Positions 25,701 through 40,700 are shown, counted from the stretch's first letter. The stretch: DNA of 64,000 bases from Antedon mediterranea (GCF_964355755.1 NC_092677.1:16576101-16640100), one strand, 5' to 3'. Translations and numbers: made by a program. Notes: generated by a model not told the origin, from the letters alone.

Positions 25701-28700
25701 CGCCATGCATTCAAAATGTTAGTTAAATACCAATATGTTTAGTGACCCCATTACCATATAATTTGCACCTAAAATCAGAACTTTAGGTGCCTTTTTAGCA
25801 GATATACCTGAAAAGTGAAAATTTGAAGTCCGCCATTTTTAAATCCAACATGGCCGCCATGCAATCAAAATGTTAGTTATACCAATATGTTTGGTGACCC
25901 CATTACCATATAATTTGCACCTAAAATCAGAACACAATTGATTTGTATATATGTGTGTGTGTGTGTGTATGTATATAGCTCTGCTAACTTTTCTGGCTGT
26001 TTACTTTATCGTTTTGATTTAGTTTTTCGCTTTTTTTGTATCTCCATTGAGATCCAGCCACTGATACCCAGAGCATTGTCATTTTTTTTTCAGTTATTTG
26101 CCTTTGGATTTATATATATTTGTATATATATATTTATATATTCTTTGCCTGATTTGTTTATATATAAATATTGTATATTTATATATATATATATGTAACT
26201 GAAAATAGTCTATATAGGCTATATATTTATATTATATTTCCTCATCTTTATCGTTTCAAATTAATTAATTAACATTTCAGTATATCGCCGGGCTGTTTAG
26301 AATTAATGTTTATTGTCTGATGAGTTTGTGTGTATGTATGTATGTATATATGTATATATACATATATATAGGTGTGTGTGTACATATATGCATATATAAA
26401 CAAATAAATAAAATAATTAAATTAATGTTAATGTTCTTTGCCTGATTTGTTTATATATATAAATATGTGTATTTATATATGTGTCTAACTAAAAATAGTC
26501 TATATAGGCTATATATTTATATTATATTTCCTCATCTTTATCGTTTCAAATTAATTAATTAAAATTTCAGTATATCACCGGGCGGTTTAGAACTAATGTT
26601 TTTTGCCTGTCGTGTTTATATATTATATTAATGAAATGTATTATTTGTAACTCGTACTTACTTTTTTTAATACCTTATTCATTTGTTTATTATTGAATGA
26701 AAGAAAGAAAATAAATGTTTACGTTGAGTTGAGAACTCTAGCTAGGTGCCTTTTTAGCAGAGATATACCTGAAAAGTGAACATTTGGGGTCCGCCATTTT
26801 AAAAACCAAAATGGCGGCTTTCCCCTGACCAAATTTTGTGCAACCCTTCCATTTCATATTTTTGACACCATAATGAATAACTTTGCAAAGTTTCAGAATG
26901 TTATCACAATTTGAAGGATTGGTTCACTTAACAGGCCTACAATGAAAAGAGTGAAGCAAGCATAACATTACGGTACCAGTAAAAAAAAAACTTTGTTTTA
27001 TTTATGATGTTTACTAATCATTCAAAGTTATCATTTATGTCTTTTAGAAGAATCCAATTATTCGGTGCATCCTAAATGGCCAAGCAGATTGTATACTAAA
27101 TCCAAATTTATTTTTTGTTATGACTTTCACAAAAATATTGTTCCTGTGCTCATAACTACTGTTACTGTCTTTATTTCAATAGAGGAATCAGAAGGTGTAT
27201 CAGAAAGTGTATTGGAAGGTGTATCAGAAGATGTATCAGAAGGTGTATTGGATAGTTCCACAAAGGAATTTCCATACGGTTCTAAAATACAAGAATTAAG
27301 TGGGTCAGGTGAGCATATTATAGTTTGTGATTTTGAAATCTACTTTATTATTTTGAATCAGACCAAATAAAAATTCATTTGAGTGATAATTAAATTTGCC
27401 ACTCAGTTCTAATATAAAACAGCACGAACCAAAACAAAGGGTCTGAATAAAGTGGTATGAATCAAGTGATAATTTTAATCATTATAATTATTACTGATTA
27501 AATATTGCTTTTAATCAATTATGAAACTGATTAGTTAATAGTAATTAACCTCCTGTAAAGCATATTAAATTGTGGTGTTATCTTGATTTTAATAATAATA
27601 AAATCGGAAGGGAAATTATATAAGTCAATGGAGGAATTTCCAATCGGTTCTGAAATAAAATGGGATAAAGCAAGTGAAACAAAGTTATTACAAGGTGAGT
27701 TAATAATAGTTATAATCTGTTACTATAAAATCTACTGTATAATTTTAAATCAGACAAAATGTATTTTATTGGAAATAGAGTAAAAAAGTGGTCAAATCTA
27801 CTGGTTCAATATTACTTTTTAAGTTATGATACAACTAATAATATTATTTGATTACTATATAATGGTTATCATTATTATTTTTTAGGAGAATCTGTGCTGC
27901 ATCCCAAATTGCCCATCGGATATGATAAATCCAAAACAGGTAAGTTAATACAGTTTGTTTATCACATTACATTTATTTTCTGCTGTTTGTGTGTGTTTAT
28001 TCTGGTATAAAAAAGATAGAGAATTTAGCCAAAAGTTAAGCAAATCTAGTACCGACTATGGTAACATAAGTTAATTGTTGTGTGGGTGTAAAGTTATACA
28101 TTCAAATAATAATATACTTAAAATGAATTGACAATATAATGTTTTATTATGATTACTATATGCTAATACTCTGCTGAAAATATTCAACATAATAAATCAA
28201 GAGTATTTAGAGAATAAAATCATCAACTAACTACACACGTGTTCCAACACCTGAATTAAATATAATGGCAGAGTCGGATTAAGAAATATGTGTGGGTGTA
28301 AATAAAAAATATGTATAAATAATAACACTAAATAGTAATAAATATATATCCTATGAAGAACATTTAACATTCATGAATTTTGTGTATAATGTTGTGGTTG
28401 ACTAATTGCCACTACGGCAATGAGAAAATGGGAAGTATGCGAAAAAGAGTACTCTGTATTTTAGGTAATAATAATTCTTATTCAAATCAATATAATAAAC
28501 AAAACATAATTCAAGATTACAGGAGACTAAAAAGCTTTTTTATCCTGGCATTTCCCTTTATTTCTTCTCATATCTTATAGACCGGGCGCCCGGAAGATTT
28601 ATTCATGTGAAAAGATACAAAAGGTTTGATGATGTAGTTAGGTGCGTATTAGGGCGAGATGCAATATTCGAAATTGCTGCCGGGTCACAGCCTTTACATA

Positions 28701-31700
28701 GGGCCTGTGGGGATCATAACATAGGGGGGTAAAAATCCATTTATTTATGTGAAGCGATACAAGGATAAACTTTTTTGGATATCATTCGCAGTGGGCTACT
28801 AATGATTACATCACCAATGACAGCAACTTTATCCTGTACGGGGCGCCAAACAGCAACATTTTAGGGCCACCCCCTAATGGGTTTATTCATGTGAAGCGAT
28901 ACAAGGTTGAATCTTTTTTTAATGGCAGCAGTATATATTGGGGATGACAAAAACACCAATGACAGCAACTTTATCCTGTACATAAGCTCAGACAGCAGCC
29001 CTAAAGGTCCGCAGTTTCCCCCTATTCGGCTATATACTCGGCGCGTATGTCGTCTAATGGCGTTCAGCTGAGTTAGAAATACGTGATACGGACTCGGACT
29101 GACAATAAATACTGGTAAGGTATAGATTAGACTATCGATTGCACACTATTATTGTATTTTTAATTCAATTTAAATTAAAAAAAAGTAACCGTTTTCATGT
29201 GAATTAGACTGATAAAAACCAACAAATAACTTAATCTGCCAACATTTTAAACATCGTTACTTGTCCATAATGGATCGACTACTGTATCGATTACTGCACA
29301 TTGTTTTACTTTAACTGAAACAAAGTCAAATTTTTAATTGTTACTGTACTAATATTAGACAGTGATATCTGATAAAAGGCAACATTAATTAATATTAATA
29401 ATACTGAACCAAATTAAATATCGTTACTTATCCACAATGGATCGACTACTGTATTGGTTATTGCACATTATTTACTAACTAACATAAGAAAGTGATATCT
29501 GATAAAACGCAACAAACTGAATCGAATTAAATATCGTTACTTAGTATCCATAATGGATCGACTACTGTATTGATTACTGCACATTATTTTACTATAACTG
29601 CCCAAGTCAAATTTAAAATTGTTACTGTACTAACATTAGACAGTGATATCTGATAAGATGCAACATACTCAGGACCAAATTAAATATCGTTACTTATCCA
29701 TAATGGATCGACTACTGTATCGATTATTGCACATTATTTTACTATAACTGCCCGAGTCAATTTTAAAATTGTTACTGTACTAACATTATACAGTGATATC
29801 TGATAAAATGCAACATACTCAGGACCAAATTAAATATCGTTACTTATCCATAATGGATCGACTACTGTATCGATTATTGCACATTATTTTACTATAACTG
29901 CCGAAGTCAAATTTGAAATTGTTACTGTACTAACATTATACAGTGATATCTGATAAAAGGCAACATTAATAATACTGGACAAAATTAAATATCGTTACTT
30001 ATCCACAATGGATCGACTACTGTATTGATTATTGCACATTATTTTTCTCTAACTGAACCCAGGTCGAATATTTTAAATGCAGTGTAACTACCGACACACT
30101 GTAAAAGCACAATTGAGCAAAGACATCGAGGTTACTGGCTGTATGCATTAAATAACTGAATATTGTACATTCATCATATTCCATTGTTACTAGCTAAAAA
30201 GAATACACGATATAATAAAACCAATAGGGGCTATTGTATTTCTTTTTACATGATTTGTGACAGCGTCATTTATAAATTTGATTATATCACACTGTAATGA
30301 TACTGGATTCTGCTTGCCAACTATCTATGGATCAAATAGTTCAGTATTTACATTTGATATATTATACAATATTTACTTCAAAACTGTCAAATGTTTCATG
30401 TAAACGATTAAAAACTATTAAATCAGCCGTAATGCATAATCTTTTTAGTTTATCTATTCGTCATCATCACAGTCACTTTCACTGTCATCACTCCAAGGTT
30501 GGTCATCATCGATTTCAGCTTCAAAATCTATTATTTCAAGTTCTTCATCATCAGTTTGTTCCAATATTCCTGCATCAGTATCGTCAAGAACTTTGTTCCG
30601 AGTGTGGATCACTAGTCAACGGATCTGGTAGAGCATTTCCATCAAACCATTTCGGTACATACCTTCCATCACCATTATCAACCCATCCATAGTTTAATGG
30701 GCGTAGGTTTTGTGTTGGCTGAGGAGTATGAGCGTGTTTCCACATAATAGATACATAATTTGCCCTCAACAGATGCTGAGTGATTGTGATTTCACATGGT
30801 GGCAATGACGAACAGTTGATCTTCTTGACTTTCTTCTTTCCAGTTGTCATTTTGCGAAACGATTGGTACCTGGCCTCATTAATACTGTTCATGCTTTTAA
30901 ACCCATATATCTTGCATACATAGGCAGTGACTGCGGGTTTGTCCATCCTGTCACCACAAAGCGATCGCAATGACTTGCCTTTGCGGTAAAATCCAGTATC
31001 ATTACAGTGTGATTTTAATCAAATTTATAAATGACGCTGTCACAAATCATGTAAAATGAAATCCAATAGCCCCTATTGGTTTTATTATATCGTGTATTCT
31101 GTTCAGCTAGTAATAGAATATGAGGAATGTACAATATTTAGTTATTTAATGCATACAGCCAGTAAACTCGATGTCTTTGCTCGTTGTGCTTTTACAGTGT
31201 GTCGGTATGCAAAATATTCAACCTGGGTTTAGTTGGAGATAAGTAACGATATTTACGGTGGCCCACAACTGTCACGCACACTATAACACAGAATCACACA
31301 ATTAAAGAAGGAATTACACAATTAAAGAAGAAATCGCACAATTAAAGAAGAAATCGCATATAAAGAAAAGAAAGCATGAAAATATAAAACGAAATGCACA
31401 AATAAAAAAGAAACGCGCAATTAAAGAAGAGCTAAGCACAATTAAAGAAGTCCGCAACAAATTCGAAAGCTCCTCGCACAATTAAAGAAGTCCGCAACAA
31501 ATTCGAAAGCTCCTCGCACAATTAAAGAAGTCCGCAACAAATTCGAAAGCTCCTCGCACAATTAAAGAAGTCCGCAACAAATTCGAAAGTACCTCGCACA
31601 ATTAATAAAGTACAGTAGTCAGTATGGAACGCCATCGCTGCCTCCGGCTCTTTTACTATTACGTTCGGCTCTTTTAAGCATTCAGCGCATTTCTATTCGG

Positions 31701-34700
31701 CCCATTTACCATTACGTTTGCTCTTTCTTTCATCATTCGGCGCATTTCCATTTGGCCCATTTAACATTACGTTTGGCTCTTTCAGCATTCGGCTCTTTTT
31801 TATTCGGCCCATTTACCATTACGTTCGGCTCTTTCAGCATTCGGCTATATTTTATTCGGCCCATTTACCATTACGTTCGGCTCTTTTTAATTCGGCCCTT
31901 TTTTATTCGGCTCTTTCTGCATTACGTTCGGCTCTTTTTGATTTGGCCCTTTTTATACGGCGCAATTAAATTCTAACCTTTTACATGGGGTCAAATGGAA
32001 GAAAATCAACGGCTGGAAATGAGTCTATGAAAAGTTCATAAAACATATATAGATGCAGCATGTAGAGTGTTTGGTTGGTTGAATTAAATGAATTTGAAGG
32101 CTATTTCAATATGACTAATCATTTTATTGACATGATTAATGTGTTAGAGAACTTGCAATTGTCCCACCTTATTGACCATTTTGAGAGAGAAAGGTTTGAT
32201 TTATGGCCTAGCCTAGTGTCAGCCTAACATTTAATAATAATAATTTACCCTTTCTCTCTCACAATTTGTTAAAAGATGAATTAATTTTAGGTTATTCAAC
32301 ACATCTTTAATCGGTTGTTCGCTACTCATGGTTGGCGCCATGATGATGAAATGTTTGTAAACTTTTCATAGACTCATTTCCAGTCGTTGATTTTCTTCCA
32401 TTTGACCCCATGTCGAAGGTTAGATTTTAATTGCGCCATATAAAAAAATGCCGATTTAAAAGAGCCCAACGTAATGCAGAAAGAGCCGAATAAAAATGAA
32501 GTGCGCCGAATGCTGAAAGAGCCGAACGTAATGGTAAATGGGCCGAATAGAAATGCGCCGAATGGTAAAAGAGCCGAACGTAATGGTAAAAGAGCCGAAT
32601 AGAATTAAAGTTTGCTGCCGGAGGCAGCGATGGCGTTCCATACGGACTACTGTACTTTAATTGTGCGAGGAGCTTTCGAATTTGTTGCGGACTTCTTTAA
32701 TTGTGCGAGGAGCTTTCGAATTTGTTGCGGACTTCTTTAATTGTGCGAGGAGCTTTCGAATTTGTTGCGGACTTCTTTAATTGTGCTTAATAGCTCTTCT
32801 TTAATTGCGCGTTTCTTCTTTATTTGTGCATTTCGTTTTATATTTTCATGCTTTCTTTTGTTTATATGCGATTCCTTCTTTAATTGTGTGATTTCTTCTT
32901 TAATTGTGTGATTCCTTCTTTAATTGTGTGAATATGATTTATATAGTGTGCGTGACAGTTGTGGGCCACCGTAGATATTTAATTTGGTCCAGTGTTATTA
33001 ATGTAACAATTTTAAATTTGACTTGGGCAGTTGGGCAGTAAAATAATGTGCAATAATCGATACAGTAGTCGATCCATTATGGATAAGTAACGATATTTAA
33101 TTTGGTCCTGAGTATGTTGCAGATACCACTGTCTAATGTTAGTACAGTAACAATTTTAAATTTGACTTGGGCAGTTATAGTAAAATAATGTGCAGTAATC
33201 AATACAGTAGTCGATCCATTATGGTTAAGTAACGATATTTAATTCGATTCAGTTTGTTGCGTTTTATCAGATATCACTTTCTTATGTTAGTTAGTAAATA
33301 ATGTGCAATAACCAATACAGTAGTCGATCCATTGTGGATAAGTAACGATATTTAATTTGGTTCAGTATTATTAATATTAATTAATGTTGCCTTTTATCAG
33401 ATATCACTGTCTAATGTTAGTACAGTAACAATTAAAAATTTGACTTTGGTTCAGTTAAAGTAAAACAATGTACAGTAATCGATACAGTAGTCGATCCATT
33501 ATGGACAAGTAACGACGTTTAAAATGTTGGCAGATTAAGTTTTTTGTTGGTTTTTATTATCAGTCTAATTCACATGAAAACTGTTACTTTTTTTTAGTAA
33601 TAGTGTGCAATCGATAGTCTAATCTATACCTTACCAATTCTCTAAGTGATTATGTTGAATTCGAACTACCGTATTATTTACTTTACTATTATGTTATGTT
33701 ATGTTAAAAAATGTTGCAAATTTAGATTTCGTTGCCTTTTTTCATATAGACATATCACTAGTGTCTAGTGTGTAATTAAAACAATATTTAAATTGAGTTA
33801 TAATAATAATGTACACTAATAGGTACCGGTGTCAATCATTATGAGTGTAATTATTTAGTTTATCTGAAAAATATTCTTAAATTATATTATTTTGATCGAA
33901 ATAATGATTTTGATATAATATTGATTGTTTAAAATGTTATCCTAAAATACAAATCTGCTGTTGGTTTTTATTGGTGTTATTTATTATTCCAAAATAAAGA
34001 TATATTTCAATTATAAAATAAAAGTCACTCATTATCGTAAATGTGTTTGTATTATCGACATTGTTGATCACGAATGGAGCAAAAAAAAAAAAGAAAGAGA
34101 GAAAAAATGATTCATACTTCATGGATAAACCCATTTTGGGCGAGTTCCTAAGAGTTTGATGTTTGATGATTTGGTACAGCAAACAACTGCTCTCTTTATT
34201 TATTGTTTTATCATTCTGCTGTGTATTTATTGTCAGTCCGAGTCCGTATCACGTATTTCTAACTCAGCTGAACGCCATAAGACGACATACGCGCCGAGTA
34301 TATAGCCGAATAGGGGGAATCTGCGGACCTTTAGGGCTGCTGTCTGAGCTTATGTACAGGATAAAGTTGCTGTCAGTGTCATTGGTGTTTTTGTCATCCC
34401 CAATATGTACTGCTGCCATTAAAAAAAGATTCAACCTTGTATCGCTTCACATGAATAAACCCATTTGGGCGCACTGGCCCTAAAATGTTGCTGTTTGGCG
34501 CCCCGTACAGGATAAAGTTGCTGTCATTGGTGATGTAATCATTAGTAGCCCACTGCGAATGATATGCAAAAAATTTTATCCTTGTATCGCTTCACATGAA
34601 TAAATGCATTTTTAACCCCCTATGTTATGATCCCCACAGGCCCCATGTACAGGCTGTGACCCGGCAGCAATATCGAATATTGCATCTCGCCCTAATACGC

Positions 34701-37700
34701 ACCTAACTACATCATCAAACCTTTTGTATCTTTTCACATGAATAAATCTTCCGGGCGCCCGGTCTATTACTACTTTATCAGATTCTGTAAATAAACACTA
34801 CAACATTTTTTTTTATGTAAAAGGAAATACTAAACGATAATCTAAACAGCCTATATTATTTAGTAGATTTAAAATGTATTTAAAATATTATATTAAAGCA
34901 AAAGGCAATATATCGCCTCTTAAACAATAATAAATATTGGGTTCATGTGCCCTGACTACTCTGATAGTTCAATGTCGCAAATAATGTATATATTATCTAT
35001 TGTACGTTTGAATAATAGTTTAAAAATATGAATCATAAAATAGTTTAAAAGGCAACACATTGAGACAGAAATGCAAAGATTTAAACAAAAGTTTTTGTTT
35101 TATTTTTTAGGTAACCTTATTGAGTACGGTATGTAAAGATGAAACTTATTCTGTTTTATACATTTAAAAATATACATTTATAAAAATGAATAAGGAGTGT
35201 GTAATTTTAAGTTACAATTAATTTGCACAATGTTTCTACACAAAATAAGATTTTTTTTCCGAAGAACACATTCATAAATTGTTGTTTTATATCTTTTAGC
35301 TCAATCGGAGACATTTATTGAAGGAGAATCAGATGAATCTATTGAGTCAAAAACAGGTACTGTATGATATTAGTATACAGCATATTTAATATGTTATGAC
35401 ATCAACAATATTATATGACCACTATTAATTATTTGTTAATTTCACATATCAAAGCCAAGTCTTTTGTATGTTAAACTTTCCAGTACCAAAAGTTATAACA
35501 GTAAACTAGATTTTAACTTTTCACTAACGCAACGTACAACATGCACACTAGCTGTTAAGCTAGGCCTAGGCTACACTAAAGTGCATGAACAGCTTATAGA
35601 GTAGCTGTAGGCATTTCGGCAGTGTCTTGATCAGAAAGAAATAAACAAAGGAGTGGAGTTGTGGCCTGGTGGTTATGATGCTTGGCTGCCAATCCAAGGG
35701 TCCTGGGTCCTGTCCTGTCATATGTCAGGATTTTTTGTAATGACAATTTACAACTCCACTCCCAAAGACTTGTAATAAAGACTTTGTTTATGTAGAGCAT
35801 TGTGTGTATATGTTTGTCTCGTGAACGGATTGCCACCTTTAAGAAGGATAGTGATTGAATTTGCTTATGGTTATCCTTGGCAATTTGCCTAAATATATAA
35901 AATAAAAATAAAGTTGACAACGGATGAAAAACTTTGAGAAACAAAAAAGACATAAATCTGTGACTTTATTAGAAAGTGTCTTTAATCTATAAAAAGAAAG
36001 TAATTCTATTTGAGAGTGATGAAACAAAACATCTGATTATTAAATAATTCCCTGACACAAAGATGTACTCAGTAATACACTGAGTAGTTAAATTATCATA
36101 TATTCAAATTATTATTATTAGCTAGATCGCAAGATGGTCCCACTACTTATGTCAAATATTAGTGTATATTATAAACCTGATTTTAAATTCAATTATTTTT
36201 TTTCAAAATAAAATTAATGACTTTTTTAAGCCTTTTTTAAATATTATGAATACAGTTATGAAATCAGTGGATTTATCCTATACACCAAATGAAGTAATGG
36301 ATCTTGCAGACAAAAACGAGCTGTGTGGAGGTTTGTGAATATACCTTACTTGCTTCAACTTTAGAATTACACAAACTAACTATTTAGCTATGAACAATGA
36401 CCAGAATCTCTAACAAATGTTGGCAGTAATTAACGAAAGTGTTTCAATTCTTTATTAGAGAAATCAGATTATTTATCCGATTTACCAACTGAACTATTTT
36501 CAATCAGTATTAAAGAGAAACCTGAAGTTGAATCAGAAACATGTGAGTTTTTACATTTGTAATATAATATACCGTTATTTATTCAGAACATCCTAAAACC
36601 AGATTTTATGGTAAACAAAATGATACTGTACCGAGCGTTTGTTATAGTATCAACCCTTTTAATGGTTTCTATGATACTGTACTTATGACAATTTAATTTA
36701 ATTTCTACTTTGAAAACCATTATGTGAATTGGTAACATTGGGCACACTATTGTGTGTAAAGTAATTGTTATCACTTTTTCCCCGTTCATAGAAAAGTTTC
36801 AGAACTGAAGTATCATTACCAGAAAAAAGCAAATCGTTAGCTTGGTACCTTAGTTTTAGTTCAACTATTGGCGAGATTAAAAATGCCTTGAATGAGCAGG
36901 ATAAAACATATTTATACTTTTTTTTACATAATGTATTAATATATCGAGTCTTTAATTATTAGAGAATTTTAGATTTTCACGTATACCATATTAGTCCAGG
37001 AGTATTAGGCTTTGAGGTAGAAATAATTATGCTAAAGCTAAATTTTTCAGGATAGGTCCCTAATGTTGTCTAGAACAGCATACTAAAAGTCCTCGGATTT
37101 CACCGTGATCTCCAGAGGGAGGGCTTAGATACAACAATTTTAATTTAAGATGACCAAAATATCACAGAAAAATGTCATGATTGACAGAATCATATTATCA
37201 TTCATCAGTATGAGTATGAAGCCAGCCATGAGAGGTAAAATTCATTCAAATTTGCTCAGATGATAAATAAACAGAAAAACTAAGCCCCGAATTTGAACTA
37301 TAAATCTGAAGATATATTTTACTGTCTGTTTAGGCTTTATTCATCGGTAATCAAGCAAATTTATTATTTATTTATTTATTAAATATTAATATTATAAATT
37401 AATCCTACGAGAAATGCCACGCCTTCTCTATATGGCTAATGTCCATGTTTAAACTTTGAAGCTATACCAATTCTGAAATGTTTCCTCTTCTCCAGTGCCA
37501 TTTAATCTATAGCTTCTACTGATTGATTTGGCACATACTAATTGGTCAATTTTTGTTTTTATTGAGCCGGACTATTATACTTCTTGTGTATATAGGTCTT
37601 GAATACATAATTCATCTTATAACATCTATATATAAATTTACTTAAGGGCAAAATTCGGTAAATCGCGCGTTACTTCTAGAATGTTTACCCGAAGGTATAT

Positions 37701-40700
37701 AAAGTTGGTTTGTACTTTCGATTCTGATTTTAACCACCTGATGTAACCGTGAAATTGTGTTGGATAATTAGCTATTGACAATTAAAACGAATTTATGTTC
37801 AACGATTTGCCGCAAATAGGGTATTTTCCAATCGTGGTAAACACTGTCTAATGGATGTCCATCTTGAAAATTACCAGCACACAATAATACGAGGATGCTT
37901 CGCATTTCCCTATCTCCTCCTACGATATTTTTCTTTAATAACTGAAAACCGATTGAACAGCTCGAGTACAGCATCATGTTAAAGAAAGGCCGACTTTCTT
38001 CAAAAAAATACTTTTTTGATATATTTAATATACGTTTATACAGATGTATTGATTTGCGATGAATGGAACATTCTAATATGTCAGTCTCAGTATAATTATT
38101 TGGTTTAACACAACATTTATGGTTCCTTAGAGATAAACTTAAAATCTTTAGATATAGTATTGCAATACTTTGACAATAGTGTTAATACGTATTTACCATT
38201 TTTGATCGCCATTCGAACCGCAAATTTCGTACTGTGAGTGTAGGTACGGTTAGCTATATAAACACATATACAAATAAACTTTATCACTGTGAGTGTGGGT
38301 AGGCCCTACTGTTACATTTACCGATCTCCTTCTACGATAATTGTTTAACCTGTTTGAACAGCTCGAGAGTACAGCATCATGGGTAGGCCTTACTGTTAGA
38401 TATATAATCACATAATATACAAATAAACTGTAGGCCTATAACTGACAGCTGTTTCTCAACGTTTGTATTAATTAATAATTACAAACAAAATAAAAACGTC
38501 GTAGTGGTGTATCGTTACGTACTTTACTATTTCAATCAACTACAGCAGTGACAGTTTTAACACAAAGTACTAAATTGCAAATGTTCTACTGTATAGTGGT
38601 ATATTATTTATAGGCCTATAAAACATGAATAAATATTTCGTTACTAAGTGTATAAAGAATATTTAAAAATTGTTCCTCTTTGTACCCATCCTCTTCCCCA
38701 TCCCTCAACCCCAACGTTACATTCAAAACACACATTGGATTTGTTTAAATGAGTCCAAATAAAAATGTGGACTTTTTCTCTCTTTCTAATGTAGGCCACT
38801 ATGTAATTTCGTGTCATTTTTTTTGTTAAAAGCAAAATTCCAGCTGAGTTAGTGTCTTTAGTAATAACAAAAATATGTTGCCATTTTTTTTAAAAGGGTG
38901 TCAAATCCAACATGGCCGCCGATACGTAAAATATCCAATAAATGTACCATATTGGACAAAGTAACACTCATTAGGAATAATATTTTAATTTAAAATTAAT
39001 GCCATGTGTGTTCTCTGCTATAAGAATTATTATAAACCTATATTCATCAGTATTCTGACATTTTAAATTTCAAAATGGCGGTCATTTAAAAAAAAGGAAT
39101 TATTAAAACATGTGCAAGTTAAGGCGTTGATTGAAATCACATAAAATGATAGGCATATGACAACAACATGGTGATTAACACAAAATGGCGGCCATTTTGA
39201 AAATCAAAATGGCGGCCATTTTTTAAAATGGGTTAAATTTCTTATTAAAAGGTATGTAAGTTAAATAAAATTAGATTGAAATGCCACAAAATGATATGCC
39301 TATGACAACAACATAGAGATTAACATTTTGACCATCAGGAGGTCTACAGTACAGTACACGTCTTCATATTAGACATAAAATAAACTTCTTCAGTTAAATG
39401 ACAACTAACTCTGCCAAAGTCCAGGCCAAAGTCCTTCAATTAAATATTTCTAATCAGTCTTGAATGCGATACAGTAAGTTGACCTTCCTTCGTTCTCTAG
39501 TACTGCGATCCCACCAAGCTTGTTCAGAAACAAATCAATAAAAGCATTGTAATACCTCATTTTACCGCCAATACTCATACTTTTCTATATACAGTACTGT
39601 ACCTGCTGACTATGTGATACGATAAAGAATCTCTACAGGAGTCCTATTTTACTGTCATATATTTTGAACGAATGTTATCAGTAGTATCAACAATGTGCTC
39701 AATCAACGACGGTGGATAATAAATAGCTCCAATATAAAAGTGACTACCTTAATTTGACTTGCCTGAAAGAGTTGTTTTTATCCAAAAGTTTTTGAAGTTA
39801 CAGCTACCATGTTCATTGCAAGATTCACAGGTAAAATCATCACCAACAAAAATTGCAACACCACCACCTCTCTTGTTGCATCTATTCTTCGTGAACTTTT
39901 TAAAACCGGAACAATTTACAAAATCAATAGTAGCATCATTCAGCCAAGTTTCTGTTAACACAGCTATACTTTGTAGATAGTACGCGAGCTAAACGAGCGT
40001 ACCATCTAGTTTTTTAAATTGTCTTAAACTGCATATTCTACAAAGTCAATTACCCTCCCAACCATATTTTAGCAAGGTCTCAGTCTAAGTCTGATTTTAG
40101 GCTCTAGTCATACCTCCAATTCTTATCTGATATGATGTAATTTAATTTAGAAAGAATTATTGCATTTATCTTGTAGATGTGGAAGTTTTCACTGTTTTTT
40201 TCTAATCAAAATTCTCTAAAAATCGAAAATAAGGGCATGAAAATCTGTCGAATACCGAACAACTTTACGGTAACATTTTCTTTATAATCCATCAAGTAAG
40301 AGTTCAAAGGTCAGAATATGTGGTTTCTAAAGGCATTTGGTATTTTTCTTTCACTACAGTGATAACAGGTTGGACACTAATTTAGGACAATTTTGAAGTC
40401 TCTACGGCCAGCAATTGATATTGAGATAACCCAAATGTAGGGTCAAAATTTCAAAACATGCATTTCTAGTTATACAGTACTTGTTGTTACTTTTCCATTA
40501 CAACAAATATAAATTTGGGTCTTCTGAGTATTTTGATACAAATTTCGCTTATGTAATCCTATCGATCACCACTCAAAAACCTCAGTCACAGTCAGCCACA
40601 TCTTCTGGAAAGAAATGCCAAGCAAATGATAGAGACTTTTACTTCGCCTAAACCAACCCACACTAACAAATCAAATCAAAACTCTCCTACTATTACTTGC

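Noticed and set aside
31436-31606. 40-bp tandem repeats and short ORFs 31718..31976 and 32456..32641
   Set aside because: Internal repeats of the IS3EU-like TIRs; the ORFs are low-complexity artefacts
31623-32642. Inner TATGG...CCATA segment as a separate nested IS3EU element
   Set aside because: Its flanks are inverted rather than direct repeats, so there is no TSD; treated as part of the outer TIRs
35654-35715. tRNA-like sequences (also about 12865-12910 and 53992-54025)
   Set aside because: No complete cloverleaf; most likely decayed SINE heads
39974-40010. Hairpin ending in CTAG, like a Helitron 3' end (similar at about 19478-19505, minus strand)
   Set aside because: No matching 5' end or second copy in the window
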